From: Camelus dromedarius
Taxonomy: Eukaryota
DNA: 64,000 bases
Direction of reading: 5' to 3'
Assembly (NCBI RefSeq): GCF_036321535.1
Contig: NC_087447.1
Coordinates: 41,108,001 to 41,172,000, forward strand
This document shows, in pieces, positions 14,051 to 26,915 of this stretch; within the stretch, counting starts at the first letter, position 1, and every line of letters starts with the position of its first letter. Below the pieces are notes generated by a model. It saw nothing but the letters and a program-made list of their open reading frames with translations. It did not search any database and was not told the DNA's origin. The position numbers and the translations under genes are program-made.

Positions 14051-14320
14051 AGGAAACACATCCAAGGGGTAGGCAGGGAAAACAGAAGCAGAGCCAGCTC
14101 CAGGCAGTGAGACTGACGGATAAGATGAGCAAGTCCCCGAGAGGTGTGGTACCAGCAGGCCTCCCGCAGAAGAGGCTGCCTGCGTGGGAGGCAGGAGACA
14201 GAGAGACGCCAGGTCCCCAAGATAACTTGGGCACAAGGAGCCAGTAGGTGGCCAGCCTCTGAACAGGGGTGCATGAGGCCTGGTGAACAGGGCCTCTGAG
14301 TGCCCAGTGGAGCAGCCTAC

Positions 14321-14546
14321 GTTTCTCTCCCGTGAGCTTTCTCCTCTGGAAGTGTTCTCCCTCCTCCTGGTGCTCTGAGTTTCCTGGCACAGAGTCCAGA
14401 CTGCAGCATCCTCCTTTTGGCAGGGTTTCACCAATTAATCTTTCATCCACATTGATCCCCTGAAAAATGACTTCCTCATTATCCATATTGCGGAGTTTCC
14501 ACTTGGCAGTCTGAATGGCAAAGCCTGCGTCAAACTCCAGTGCTCT
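14321..14546 (-). other. candidate internal exon (226 nt) or enhancer-like unique block
   Basis: Acceptor ctctccctgctcag|A, weak donor AAC|gtaggc; open frame RALEFDAGFAIQTAKWKLRNMDNEEVIFQG... Confidence 0.25.
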
Positions 14547-14561
14547 CTGAGCAGGGAGAGG

Positions 14562-14790
14562 GCCAGGGCTTTGGAGTCAAACAGACCCGAGGGAGAGGCC
14601 CACCTCTGCCACCCTCCAGCCCCGTGCCCTTTGGGGAGTCACTTGGTCTCTCTGAACCTCAGTTTCTCCATTTGTAAAACATATTCAAAGAACACTCTTC
14701 CAGGGGTTATTGAGAAGACAGAAGAACACAATTCATCTGAGATTCTTACAAGCAGCTATACAAGTGTAGAGTCTGTTTTCATTATTACTG
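14562..14790 (+). mobile_element. MIR SINE
   Basis: ggctttggagtcaaacagacc...ctctctgaacctcagtttctccatttgtaaaa. Confidence 0.8.
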
Positions 14791-15249
14791 TTTTTTCACT
14801 GGTTCCCAGGCAGGCTGAGCTGACTTCCAGCTTCTAGGCCCCAGGGAGGTGAAGCTGAGGGCACAGGCTTGACGAGTGTCCCTAAATGCTCCCCATCACT
14901 CCCCTGGCCAAAGAAGTCACAGCTTACCCCAAATTACCCCAGATGTAATGGAGACTTGAAGTGAAAGCCAAGAGACGGGAGCTCATTGCAGTTGCAGAAA
15001 TACAAACATAGGGTGATGTGCTCCCAAAGGCATCACTCACCCCTCTTCAGACCAGCCAAAGCCTGGGAGGGGTGGCTTGGTGCTATCTCAGAAATTCTGG
15101 GCTGTGGCTTGCCCCATGGAGCATTTGCTTCCTCTGCCCTCCTTCCATGCACAAGGAAAAGGGGTTGAAACTCCATGTCACTGTGCGCCCATCCCCTCTT
15201 TTCTGCTCCCTCTCCCCCTCTTGCCATGTGCCCAAGATGACACAGGTTT

Positions 15250-15410
15250 GGTGTCAGATACCTGGTGTCAAGTCCTGGCTCCATCCACTACCCATCTCTC
15301 TGGCTACAGATTCTTCTTGTAAAATGGGGATATGAGACATATTATCTCAGGTTTCCATGAAGATCAATGGATATAAATGTGCTTTGTTAACCATAAAGTG
15401 CTCCCTAAAT
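15250..15410 (+). mobile_element. MIR SINE fragment
   Basis: gtcagatacctgg...tcctggctcc...tgtaaaatgggga...atgaagatcaatg. Confidence 0.65.
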
Positions 15411-15531
15411 ATTATTTCCAGCATTTCTTCCTTTTTGACACCACCTCCCTGACTAATCAGACCCAGGTCCTCCTGCTCTCTAACCAAGCCCTCCCATCAC
15501 ATACACACACGCTTCAAGGCAGGAGTGGACC

Positions 15532-17775
15532 AGTGGAGAGCAGCCAAGATGATAGAGGAGAAAGACCCTGGGATCACCTCCTCTCGGGAGCATACCATAA
15601 TCACAGCTATCTGCAGAATAATTATCAATGCAAAAGACTGGAACCTACAAGAAAGGATCTTCTGTAGCCAAAGACATAAAGAAGGAACCACAATGAGACA
15701 GGTGGTTAAACCGAGTAGGACCCTGTGGGGACTTTCTGGGCACAAAAGCCTTTCCCTGTTCCCCATTTCTTATTTGCAGGAAAAAGGCTTCAGCCTTCTG
15801 GACCATCCTGAATACCAAAAAGCAGATTCAAACAATTACTAATCAGGGAAGTAAAGGAATCAGGGAAAAAGGAGGAGCAGCCAAGAAACAGTAGTGCAGC
15901 CTCGGGGCAGGGTCCTGGTTCCTCCTCAAGGAGTACACATAACAACAATATAGCTGAGTTCTTCTGTTGAAACTAAGGCCCCCAACTGGGTGGAGGATGG
16001 TAACTTCAGGCTGAGCACAGGATTCCTGGAGCACTGTCCTGTGATCTCACCACCAACCAATCAGAAGAAAGTTACACACCCTGTAGGCTTCACCCCAAAT
16101 TTTGCTTATAAAAACTTCTCCCCAAAAGCATCAGGGAGGTCAGAGTTTTTGAGCAAAAGCTTCTGGTTGGTTTGGCCTCACTGTGTGTGGAGTATGTGAA
16201 CTTCGGCAACAGTAGGAGCAGCCACTTGCAATATAAGGAAATTCCATATCCCCACTCCGGAGCAGGTGACCCACAAACTGGAGAATAGTTATTTTGCTGA
16301 GGTTTTCCCACAGGAGCAAGAGTTCTGAGCCCCACATCAGGCTCCCTAGCCCAGTGGTCTGGCTCTGGAAGACAAGTTCTCCAGAGCATTTGGTTTTGAA
16401 GGCCAGCAGGGCTTAACTGCAGGAGCCCCATGAAAACGAGGAAAAAACAGATTCCACACTTAAAGAACACACACAAAAATCTCACACGCTCCCGGAACCG
16501 GGGCAAAAGCAGTCATTTGACAGGAGCCCAGGCCAGACCTACCTGCTGGTCTTGGAGAGTCCCCTGGAGAGCCGGGGGGCAGCTGAGGGTCACCCTGGGG
16601 ACAGAGACTCTGGCGGCAGCCATACTTGGGATCTCGCTGTACCGTGAGGAACGCGGTGCTGGCGGCGCCGTTGTGTGGCAGCTCCCGCGAGCTCGTTGGC
16701 CCCGCCCAGCAGCCCGCAGGCTCCAGCGCTGGGGCGACGCGGACCAAACAACGAACTGCTCCGGGACACAGCCCCACCCATCAGCAGACAGGCAGCCTAC
16801 AGAGTTCGAGAGCCCAGCCTCCAGGGCCTCTCCACACGGCACTAGACGCTGCACTAGACACGCGCTGCCCACCAGAGGGCCAAGACCCAGCTCCACTCGC
16901 CAGTGGGCAGGCACCTGCCCCTCCCGCCAGGAAGTGGGCACGAGCCTCTAGACCCGCCTCACCCACCCGGGGCCAACACCAGAAGCAGAGAACTAGGCTC
17001 TGGCAGCCTTGGGACCCAGCCGCCAAAAGCAAGCCGGACCCTATGCTGAGACCAGCTGAGACCAACTGGGCCCAGCTGGGCCCAGGCCCTGGCCCTGCCC
17101 ACCAGCAGGACAATGCAAACTTCGGGACACCCGGACCCCAAACTCAACGATGTCTGGAACAGCCCCCCCCCCCCAACAACCATCTGAAACAAGCTCTGGG
17201 ATCCCTGGGCCCTGCAGCCAGACTCCAGGAACCAGCTCCGCCTGCCAGTCGTCCGGCACTAACCCCAGGATCTGGCTTCACCTGCCAATGAGTGGGCAGC
17301 AGCCGCAGAGACTTCAGGACCCTGAATCCGCCCACCAGTAAGCCAGTACTAGCCCTGGGGCCCCTGTGGTTCCACAGCCAGCCACCTTGTAACCAGGCCG
17401 CACTAAACAGCATCGAGCAGAGTCCGAACAAGGTGGGCCTGGCAACTAACTGGACTAGGGGCCAGCCAAGCCTACCAGACCACTCACATAGCCCATCACA
17501 ACAGCAGGACCCATGCAGCCCTCTTAGGGGGGAACCCGTAGGGCGTATGAGGAGCATAGAGTGAGAGGAGAGTGCATGTTGGGACGCATAGGACGTCTCC
17601 TTCAGAGGGCCACTGCTCCGAGGTTGAGAAACGTAAATAACCCACCACATACATAAAAATACAAATAGCAACTCAGACAAAATGAGGTGGCAGAGGAATG
17701 TGTTCCAGGCGGAAGAACAAGCTAAAGATCCTGAAAGAGAACTAAGTGAAGTGGAGGTAGGCAATCTACCCGGGA
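15532..17775 (+). mobile_element. L1 5'UTR plus ORF1 N-terminus only (3'-truncated, TSD-flanked)
   Basis: L1-type start (gcagccaagatg); GC/CpG-rich 5'UTR; ORF1 start at 17682 MRWQRNVFQAEEQAKDPERELSEVEVGNLP; TSD aaggcaggag(t/c)gg at 15516-15528 and 17776-17788. Confidence 0.8.
15703..16211 (+). mobile_element. ERV1-like solo LTR nested in the L1 5'UTR
   Basis: TG...CA termini; CCAAT 16057-16061; TATAAAA 16107-16113; L1 sequence resumes right after ggcaaca. Confidence 0.75.
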
Positions 17776-17858
17776 AAGGCAGGAGCGGGTCCCATCAAAT
17801 GCACTGAGACCAAGAATCAACCACAGCAATGTGTTTCCCTCCCAGAAGACTATGCATT

Positions 17859-18189
17859 TGTTGACCTGAAACATAGACTGTGAGTTATTTCTCCGGGAAG
17901 TATGGATTTATCCTGGATCAGCAGAGAATTGCACTTCAGAGTCTGGAACCCCAGCGAACCACAGGCAAGTCTCCACAGGGCACGGGAAGAATGCTTTTAT
18001 AGAGGGGAAAGGAAGTTGGGAGGGCTACAGTAATCCAAGAGTCCAGGGCTTTTCATTGGCCTAGTCCTTGCCAGGAAAGAAGAAGAGTCTTCTTCCTGTT
18101 GGGCTCTGCTGTCATCATAGGATGTGAGAGCTCCCCTTCTGACCTCCTGATTCTGTTTAATGAAGGTTTCTAGTTATTAGTCTTTTACA
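17859..18189 (-). mobile_element. ERV solo LTR (same family as 47708-48038)
   Basis: TG...CA ends; near 4-bp TSD catt/cagt; reverse complement aligns by eye with 47708-48038. Confidence 0.85.
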
Positions 18190-18790
18190 CAGTAAAATTT
18201 TCTCTCTGAAGGGAAGTCAGAGCCCTTCCATTACAGGATTTCAGGAGAAATAAGACAAAATAAGCAGGTAGAAGTATTGGAGGGCCTGGGGGAAGGATTT
18301 GGTTCTTTGCCTGTGGATCCTCCCAGGACCAAGACTGACTCTTGGGGAAAATTGATGCAGGGTACCTGGTAGTTCAATCAGAAAATATTGCAGAATCTGG
18401 GCGGGGTCTTCCATTCCTCTTCCACCACCCTCCCCCGCCCCTGACTCCTGGAGTTAGGAGACCAGAACTTCCCCTGTGAAACTCCCTGTTTGCAGTCCTA
18501 CCCATTGCCTCCTGACTGATCTCCACAGCTCTGTTACCCATGGGGGAGAGGTTGAGGAGAGCCCATTCATAGGACCTAGAAACTGCCCAATCATAGAGGG
18601 TTAAGATTTTTCTAATGTCCATCTGAATGACTCTTTGCTGTGAATTTGCCATTTGGGCAGGAAGCAGTCATGGTTAAAAGCCCAGACTGCCCGGGTTCAA
18701 ATCCTGAGCTCTACTTACTAGCTTGAGCCAGCTGCTTTTCTTGTGTGCCCAGTCATCTCATCTCAAAAATGAGAGTAAGAATAATACATT

Positions 18791-20717
18791 TTTTTTTTAT
18801 TGAAGTATATTTGATTTACAATGTTGACTTAGTTTCACCAGAATGGTGAAACTAGCATGGTGACTCAGTTATACATACATATATATTCTTTTTCATTATA
18901 GTTTATTACAAGATATTGAATATAGTTCTCTGTGCTATACAGTAGGAACTTGTTGTTTATCTATTTTATATACAGTAGTGTATATCTGCTAATCCCAAAC
19001 TCCTCATTTATCCCTCTACACCTCTTTTCCTTTGATAACCATGTGTTTGTTTTCTATGCCTTTGAGTCAATTTTTTTTATTATAACATTTTTTATTGATT
19101 TATAATCATTTTACAATGTTGTGTCAAACTCCAGTGTAGAGCACAATTTTTCAGTTACACATAAACATATGTATATTCATTGTCACATTTTTTTTCTCTG
19201 TGAGCTACCGTAAGATCTTGTATATATTTCCCTGTGCTGTACAGTATAATCTTGTTTATCTATTCTACATTTTGAAATCCCAGTCTATCCCTTCCCACCC
19301 CCTGCCCCCTTGGCAACCACAAGTTTGTATTCTATGACTATGAGTCTGTTTCTGTTTTGTATTTATGTTTTGTTTTGTTTTGTTTTTTAGATTCCACATA
19401 TGAGCAATCTCATATGGTATTTTTCTTTCTCTTTCTGGCTTATTTCACTTAGAATGACATTCTCCAGAAACACCCATGTTGCTGCAAATGACGTTATATT
19501 GTCTGTTTTTTATGGCTGAATAGTATTCCACTGTATAAATATACCACCTCTTCTTTATCCAGTCATCTGTTGATGGACATTTAGGCTGTTTCCATGTCTT
19601 GGCTATTGTAAATAGTGCTTCTATGAACATTGGGGTGCAGGTGTCATTTTGAAGTAGGGTTCCTTCTGGGTGTATGCCCAGGAGTGGGATTCCTGGGTCA
19701 CATGGTAAGTCTTTTCCTAGTCTTTTGAGGAATCTCCATACTGTTTTCCACAGTGGCTGCACCAAACTGCATTCCCACCAGCAGTGTAGGAGGGTTCCCT
19801 TTTCTCCACAGCCTCGCCAGCATTTGTCATTTGTGGATTTTTGAATGATGGCCATTCTGACTGGTGTGAGGTTATACCTCACCTGTGAATCTATTTTTGT
19901 TTGTAAATAAATTCATTTGTATCATTTTTTTAGATTCCACATATAAGTGATATCATATGCCTGACTGACTTCACTTCGTATGATAATCTCTAGGTCCATC
20001 CATGTTGCTGCAAATGGCAATATTTCATTTTTTACAGCTAAGTATTATTCCATTGTATATGTATACAACAACTTCTCTATTCAATCATCTGTCAGTGGAC
20101 ATTTAGTTTGCTTCCACATCTTGACTATTGTAAATAATGCTGCTATGAATATTGGGGTACATGTATCCTTTTGAATTAGAGTCTTCTCTGGATATAGGCC
20201 AAGGAGTGGGATTGCTGGATCATATGGTAACTCTATTTTTAGTTTTTTAAGGAACCTCTATATGGTTCTCCATAATGGCTGCACCAAACTACATTCTCAT
20301 TAACAGTTTAGGAGGGTTCCATTTTCTCCACACTTTGTCCAGCATTTATTTATAGAGTTTTCAATGGCAACTATTCTGATTTGTGTGAGGTGATACCTCA
20401 TTGTAGTTTTGATTTGTTTTTCTCTGATAATTAGCAGTATTAAACATCTTTTCATGTGCCTATTGGCTATCTGTATGTCTTCTTTGGAGAAGTATCTATT
20501 TAGGTCTTCTGCCCATTTTTTGATTGGGTTGTTTTGTTGTTGCTGTTATTGAGTTGTATGAGCTGTTTGTATATTCTGGAAATTAAGCCCTTGTCACTCA
20601 CATCATTTGCAGATCTTTTCTCCCAGTCCATAGGTTGTCTTTTCATTTTGTTTTTGGTTTCCTTTGCTGTGCAAAAGCTTATAAGTTTAATTAGGTCCCA
20701 TTCATTTATTTTTGCTT
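18791..20717 (-). mobile_element. 5'-truncated L1 (host of a younger L1)
   Basis: L1 3'UTR/ORF2 C-terminus in antisense; TSD taagaataata(c/g)att at 18776-18790 and 20718-20732. Confidence 0.9.
19070..19882 (-). mobile_element. young L1 3' fragment with an open ORF2 C-terminal frame
   Basis: ORF 19445-19882 with [18 protein letters not shown] (ORF2 Cys-rich knuckle); imperfect TSD ctttgagtcaattttt / ctgtgaatctattttt. Confidence 0.92.
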
Positions 20718-21556
20718 TAAGAATAATAGATTCTTAAAATAATTAAATTAGTTAATATAATTGAAGCCCTTAGAATAGTGCCTGGTGTGAAGTAGGTACT
20801 GTGTTTGTGGCAGCTGTTTTTATTTTTGCTATTGTACTGTTGCGTTATTGCTGATAAGGTGGCAAACACAAATTGAACTTAAAGTTCCCAGCGCCTCCAG
20901 CAGCTGTAGTTTAACAAGCCCTCCAGGTGATTCTGATGCACACTGAAGTTAAAATAGTTCCCCCAAAAATGCAGGTACTCTTAACTAGATGAAAAAAAGT
21001 GCAACCTCGCTTATTATAAGAGAAATGAACATTAAAATTATACTGAGATATCATTTCCTATCACCCAATTGGCAAAAATCCAATAGCTTGACAACCAATT
21101 CTGTTGGTGAGTCTATGGGGAAACAGCATTCTTATACATGGCTGTTGGGAATTCAAAAGGTTATGTTTGGCATTATTCTGCAAAATTACAGATTTAGTCA
21201 CCTTTTAAGCCATAATTCCACATCTAGGAGTCCATTCTAAAGGAACACTGGCAAAATATGAAGGTAAAAAAATAAATGAATGAGAATATTCATTGCAGAA
21301 ATATCTATAAAGGCAGAAGACTAGAAACCACCCGAACATCAAGAGGGGATTGGTTGAATAAACTGTGGTAGATCTGTACAAGGAGTTGTAGGCACCTGTG
21401 AAAAGGAATGAAGAAGATTACCTTCTACTGTGGAGTGATCTCTAAGATACTAGGTTAAGTGAAGAAAGCAACTGAGAATAAAGTGTTATTTTACCATTTA
21501 TCTAGAAGAGAAACAATATGCCTATTGTTTTTTAAAAATCCACAATGCAAGGATCT

Positions 21557-22171
21557 GTTGGATTCTTTATGCCCCATCTTACATTTTCGCAGATCACATA
21601 TCACCTCCATGCAACCATTGCTGCAGCAGCCAGCTGCACACAGCTGTAGCCAGTCACAGCCCCTGCCCAAGCTGCATTTTCCCCTGAGGTGTGTTGGCCA
21701 GTGCTGACAACCACCCTGGTTCATCAGCACACTTGGAAGTTCCAGGGAGTTCACATCACGAGGACAATCCTTGACCAATGGGGACAAGGGCACGGGAGCT
21801 GTGGTTCAATACTCCCATCTTCCACATTTTTTTTTAAATGGAGGTACTGGGGATTGAACCCAGGACCTCATGCATGCTAAGCACACACTCTACCACTTTC
21901 CTCCTTGCCCTCCCCCACCCCACCCCGGCTCTACTTCTTGAGCAGACAATTCTGAGGCACATTCTACACAGTCCCTCAGAAGGGCCTCTGTGGCTTGAGT
22001 CCCAGTTGTCCATTGTAGTTATCAGCTCAACAACACATTCTTAGATTGATCTTACTTCTGTTTCCCTCTTCCTCTGTCTCTCATTACCGTCTCCTGGGAT
22101 CACCTCCAAAATTAATTCCCTGCACAGAGTCATTGTCTCATAGTCTGCTGTGTGGAAAAACCCAAATTAAA
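21557..22171 (+). mobile_element. ERVL LTR (LTR16-like)
   Basis: tgttggattc...gcagccagctgcacacagctg...tcctgggatcacctccaaaattaa...ctgctgtgtggaaaaacccaaattaa. Confidence 0.6.
21827..21897 (-). mobile_element. 5'-truncated tRNA-Ala-derived SINE
   Basis: tggaggtactggggattgaacccaggacctcatgcatgctaagc preceded by a T run. Confidence 0.9.
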
Positions 22172-24939
22172 GCAAAAGATAAACTATAAAAAAAAGCTTA
22201 ATGATTACTTATAGGAATGGGAGAGAATAAGAGGGAGAGAATAGAAATAGAAACTAGATTTTATGAATATACCTTACATTTTAGATTTGACTTTTGGTAC
22301 ATTTAAATATTTTACATTATTATAAAACAAGCTAAACTTCAAAAAGCAATCCCTAAAACCGAAAGTAAAATGAAACAAAAACCTAAATATGTATAATGTT
22401 GGAGGCATAATCACTCAGAGAACTCTTCCAAGTGACTTTAAAACACATAATTTAACTGCATATTCCTAATGCAATCAGCTCTAAAAACACAAAGAATAGG
22501 AAATAATTTTAAACTGTTTTCAGGAGTCATATTGTTAATTGTAGGGTTTTGCTATTCAGATACTGTTAATGAGAATTAACAGTATAAATCAATGACTATT
22601 ATATTGATGTCACTGAGAGCCTATAATTTGCAACACGATTGAAAGAAGATGCAGATATAAGGTTGATGAGATTGTTTTTAATCCATAAGGTTTCATTTGA
22701 TTTAGAAGTATCAGGAAAAACCAAAACAATAGACAAAACAATAAAAACTCTCATAGTATATTTAATGTTTAAAAATAAATACATATGTTCTAGTTCCATT
22801 GTTTTATAAGAACTAAAAACAATGATTAAAATGATTAGAAACAATATTAAAGAAAATCATAGTACCCAAATTGTGGCCAATTAAAAACCATTTCCCATTA
22901 AAAAAAAAAAATAAAAGTAGCAAGGCTCCTTGCAGAAATGGCTGATTGCAGGTAAGGACAAGAAGTTTATGAGATGAGGCTGGATCATTTTTCCATACCA
23001 GAAAGGAAAGAAGCTACCAAAGAAGACCAGCCTGTGTCAAAGGGTCTTGAGAGGCCGCTTGAACAAGGTCCTCTTTGTCAGCCAGTGAAGGGCTGCTACA
23101 GACACAAGTGAGATGCTTAGCACAGCAATGGACTGAAGTGCAACAAAGATGTTTACAAATTGCTAACTGGTAGATAAAGGGAAAGAATCTAGTACTTTCC
23201 TTCCTTTTCTATATGACTGTACATCATAATTAGACAGTTCACAAGAGGAAATGTCTCTCCAAAGAAACATTCTAATTTCATAGACAGGACACAATCAAAG
23301 TAGACAATCACCATTTTGCAACCCTGATGAATTAATGGATCCAATCAATGATTACCAATAGTTATAATGTCACAAAAGAAGAGACAACTAAATATCACGT
23401 ACCTTCTGATGGACCACCTGTGAATAGACAAAAATCAAACCTGAATCTAACCAAACCTCTCAATTTATCTACCAAGATACAGACACCACAGGGAGACAGG
23501 CACCAAAACTCAGACTGTGGGAAACTCTGCAAGTCAGAAGGCTCATCTTCCTCAACAAGTAAACCTTAAGGAAAGAAAGTAAGGGACCCTATAGGTGAAA
23601 AGATACAGAAGAGACGCATAAGCAATGGCAATGTATGGACCTTATTTGGAGCCCAGTTAGGCTTGGCATGCACGTCAAAAACAGGTCTCTGTTTTGGCCA
23701 TGTTCCTGCTCCATCCCAGGGGAGCCTACTGGAGGCACTTCCTGAAATGAGGGCCATGGCTAGTATTCACGTGCCCTGGCCCTTTAACCTGTCGTCCCTT
23801 CCCCCACCACACCTCCAGCCCTCTCCCACTGCTCATGGCGTCAGTGCTGAACTCTGCGTCTGCTCCTTGGCCTTTATTCCATTTGTTCTTCACCCTCCTG
23901 CTTACAGACTTCACTGTCCATTGTCCTGTCTTTGATTTCATCTATCCCTCCAGAGGTGACACTCAACACTACCCACCCGCTAAGACCTGGGCTCCCCACC
24001 CCCGCCCCTCAAACAGCTTCTCCCTCCAGCCATACTGCCTTAAGTAAATGGCACTCCCCTGGCCTCCCAGTCTCCAAACTCCAGATTTCACTCCTCAGCT
24101 CCCTGACCCCATCAGTGCCACCCAGACAGTGCAGTGCACATGCTCTCCCAATTGCACACATCAACTCTCTGCCCAGCCGTCCTTCAGGGACTCACAGAAT
24201 GTCAGAGTGAGAGCTGCCTGCCTTTGCTGATGGGTGTTAGTCTTGGGTCTGCCACGGGGCCTCCTTCCAAGAAGTCTAACAGATAAAGCCTCCACACTTC
24301 GCCCATCAGGGTAGACAGTGAGGCCTGGCCCCTGGGAAGTCCGGAATGGGAGGGAAATGGGTTTCCACTCACATTTACCGAAAGTTAGGCAGAATTCTAA
24401 CTGCTCCCCTGAGTTGTCATCCAATCTGTTTAGCTCTTTCGGACGGGATCAGGGCAGTGATACCAGCCGCTAACCCTTTACAAGACGCAGGACAGAGGCT
24501 CCGGGGCTGGGGTGGCAGCTCCACCCAAGGGCTTTAGGATCAGGTGTGCCATCCAACCCCAGAGTGGGCAGTCCACTTTAGGACATGAAGGACCCCTTCA
24601 GGCCTAACCAAAGAGACAGCCAGTCCCTGGCTAAAAATTAGCAATTGTGAGGGTCAGATGCCTTGTACCAGTGCTTTCTCTTTCTCGCTTTTAAAGACCA
24701 AAAGATGAAAAGCAGTTGAATAATTTATAGTAGAAAATATGAGAAGGCAGGCCAAAATGAAAGGAAATAAAAGTGAGGGCATTATTCTGGAGGAAAAACA
24801 TAAACAAAGCAATAGAAGAAGTGAGTCAGTTTCAAAGCCAGCTGTGGTTGTTGGAAATTTGCTCTTGCCCTGGGTTCACACCCTTCCTCTGGCAGTTCTT
24901 CTCTGCACAGCTTCTGTCTTTTGAATGATATATAATCCT

Positions 24940-25100
24940 GACAATGCTGAAAAAGAAGCATTTCTGTCCCCATTTTACAGATGAACTCCTGAAGCTTGAG
25001 GAGGTCATGTGGCTTGCCTATTGCCACACAACAAAACGGAAGGAACCAACACATAAACCCAAGTCTGTCTGATTCAAACACTCATGCTCTTTATCTAACT
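24940..25100 (-). mobile_element. MIR SINE
   Basis: ccccattttacagatga...ggcttgcc...aacccaagtctgtctgattc. Confidence 0.75.
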
Positions 25101-25219
25101 CTTTGCTTTCTTGGGTCCAGTGCCCACTTCTCTCTTCCCACAAGAGCCCTTCACAGTTTCAAAAACCACCTTGGACTCCCCGCCTCTTCCCTATTCCCAG
25201 ACCAATGCTCTGCCCCCCA

Positions 25220-25640
25220 CCAGCCCCAGTCCCTTCATCAGCCAGCGTTACATGGTCTCCAATCTTTGCGTCTTTCTTCCCTGAATAGATTCCAATTTGC
25301 CCAAATCCCCTTAAATATGTGAAGCCCGGAGGTGGACACCGATTTTCAGATCTGGACTGATGGGTTGACCAAATCAAAGCCTGCAGGGATTTATCTCCTG
25401 CTTTGATGTGGAATAAAAGCTGACGGGAGCACAGCTTAGGATGGATTCATTAGCTCTGCTGACAGCCCGGCACGGAGCTGGCTCGAAACGGGTGCTCACT
25501 CAGCTGAAGCTCCCTGGAGCTTTGGACCCTGGCCACTGTTAAGCCAGCTCTCCTCTTCCTACACTTGAGCAATTTGTTGTTTTGAACCTCAATTCAATAT
25601 TTTCTCACTATTGATTTCAGTTGCATTCAACACACACCCA
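25220..25640. mobile_element. CR1/L3-like ancient LINE fragment
   Basis: Degenerate passages (gcacagcttaggatggattcattagctctgctgacagc...gctggctc) resemble recalled L3 consensus. Confidence 0.45.
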
Positions 25641-26294
25641 CCGCGCTAGGCACAAGGACCGGTGGCCGGGGAGCCCAATTAACAAGGCACTATTGATCTC
25701 CACGATGCTATTTTCCAGCCTCAGCTTGGCTCGGAGCCCCCCGGCAGACCCCCGCCCCACACTGCCCCTCAGGAGGGCCTGGGACACCCTGCACTCTGTC
25801 CGCCACCAAGCCTTCCTCAAGAACAGAGCCACACCTTGCAAACCGCTGGGCCTCTGGAGTGGTTTCTGAGTTGACCACCGCTACGTCAAGCAGGATATTT
25901 TTGTTAGTGAGTGAACAGCTGCCAAGAACATTTCAAGAGATGATTTACTCCTTCTCTGAGGGCTGTTTACACCAGAGCTCTCTGTTCCCGTCAGAGCCTG
26001 TGCCTCCCATGGAAAACCTGTCACAATTTGTGATCTGAGAGGAGCCTGTTTGCCTGAAGGAAGAAACTGCATGTATTTCATATTTTTTTTTCCACACAGG
26101 AAATAATGCCATGTTTTTTCACTTGCCCAGGATATGTTCTCCTGGGCTGGAAATAGACATGGAAGCACTGGGGCCATAAGCTGGCCCAGGCCTAGACCTT
26201 GCCCCAGTGAGAGGTTCTCTGTAGTGTAGGTGCTATTTTATGTTACCTCTGGCAGACTGATAGGGCCTGGGCTGAGTTACGAAATATTTAACTA

Positions 26295-26915
26295 TTTTTT
26301 TCTTTTCTGTTATAGTTTATTACAAGATATTGAATATAGTTCCTTGTGCTATACAGTAGGACCCTGTTGTTTATCTATTTTATATACAGTAGTGTGTATC
26401 TGTTAATCCCAAACTCCTAATCTATCCCTCCCCACTCTTTCCCCTTTGGTAACCATAAATTTGTTTTCTATGTTTGTGAGTCTATTTCTATTTTGTAAAT
26501 AAGTTCATTTGTATCATTTTTTTTTTAGATTCCACATATAAGTGATATCATATGATATTTGTCTTTTTTTGATTTTTTCACTCAATATAATAATCTCTAG
26601 GTCCACCCATGTTGCCACAAATGGCATTATTTCATTCATTTATGGCTAATATTCCACTGTGTGTGTGTGTATCACATCTTTATCCAGTCATCTGTCGATG
26701 GACATTTAGGTTGCTTCCATGTCTTGGCTATTGTATATAGTGCTGCTATGGACATCGGGGTGCATGTGTCTTTTCAAATTAGAGTTTCGTCTTTTCTGGA
26801 TATATGCCCAGGAGTGGGACTGCTAGATCATATGGTAAGTCTATTTTTAGTTTTTTAAGGAAACTTCATACAGTTCTCTATAGTGGCTGCACCAATTTAC
26901 ATTCCCACCAACAGT
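26295..26915 (-). mobile_element. 5'-truncated L1
   Basis: ttacaagatattgaatatagttc...ggacatttaggttgcttccatgtcttggc...acattcccaccaacagt. Confidence 0.92.

Larger units (their letters stand above)
18660..20810 (+). mobile_element. MIR split by L1 insertions
   Basis: 5' half 18660-18790 (gggttcaaatcct) and 3' half 20720-20810 (cttagaatagtgcctgg). Confidence 0.7.
20970..23650 (+). mobile_element. ancient L1 (L1MC/ME-like) ORF2 end and long 3'UTR
   Basis: ORF 20989-21240 SLIIREMNIKIILRYHFLS resembles L1 ORF2 REMQIKTT.RYH; A-rich degenerate 3'UTR. Confidence 0.7.

Noticed and set aside
16430..17764. Cluster of long overlapping ORFs (up to 221 aa)
   Set aside because: They lie in a GC-rich L1 5'UTR where stops are rare; low-complexity P/A/G/R composition on both strands
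19445..19882. 145-aa ORF with a Cys motif
   Set aside because: L1 ORF2 C-terminal fragment, not a host gene
22921..22957. Plus-strand microexon-like signal (ttgcag...CAG|gtaagg)
   Set aside because: Very short, inside an old L1 3'UTR, and no partner exons
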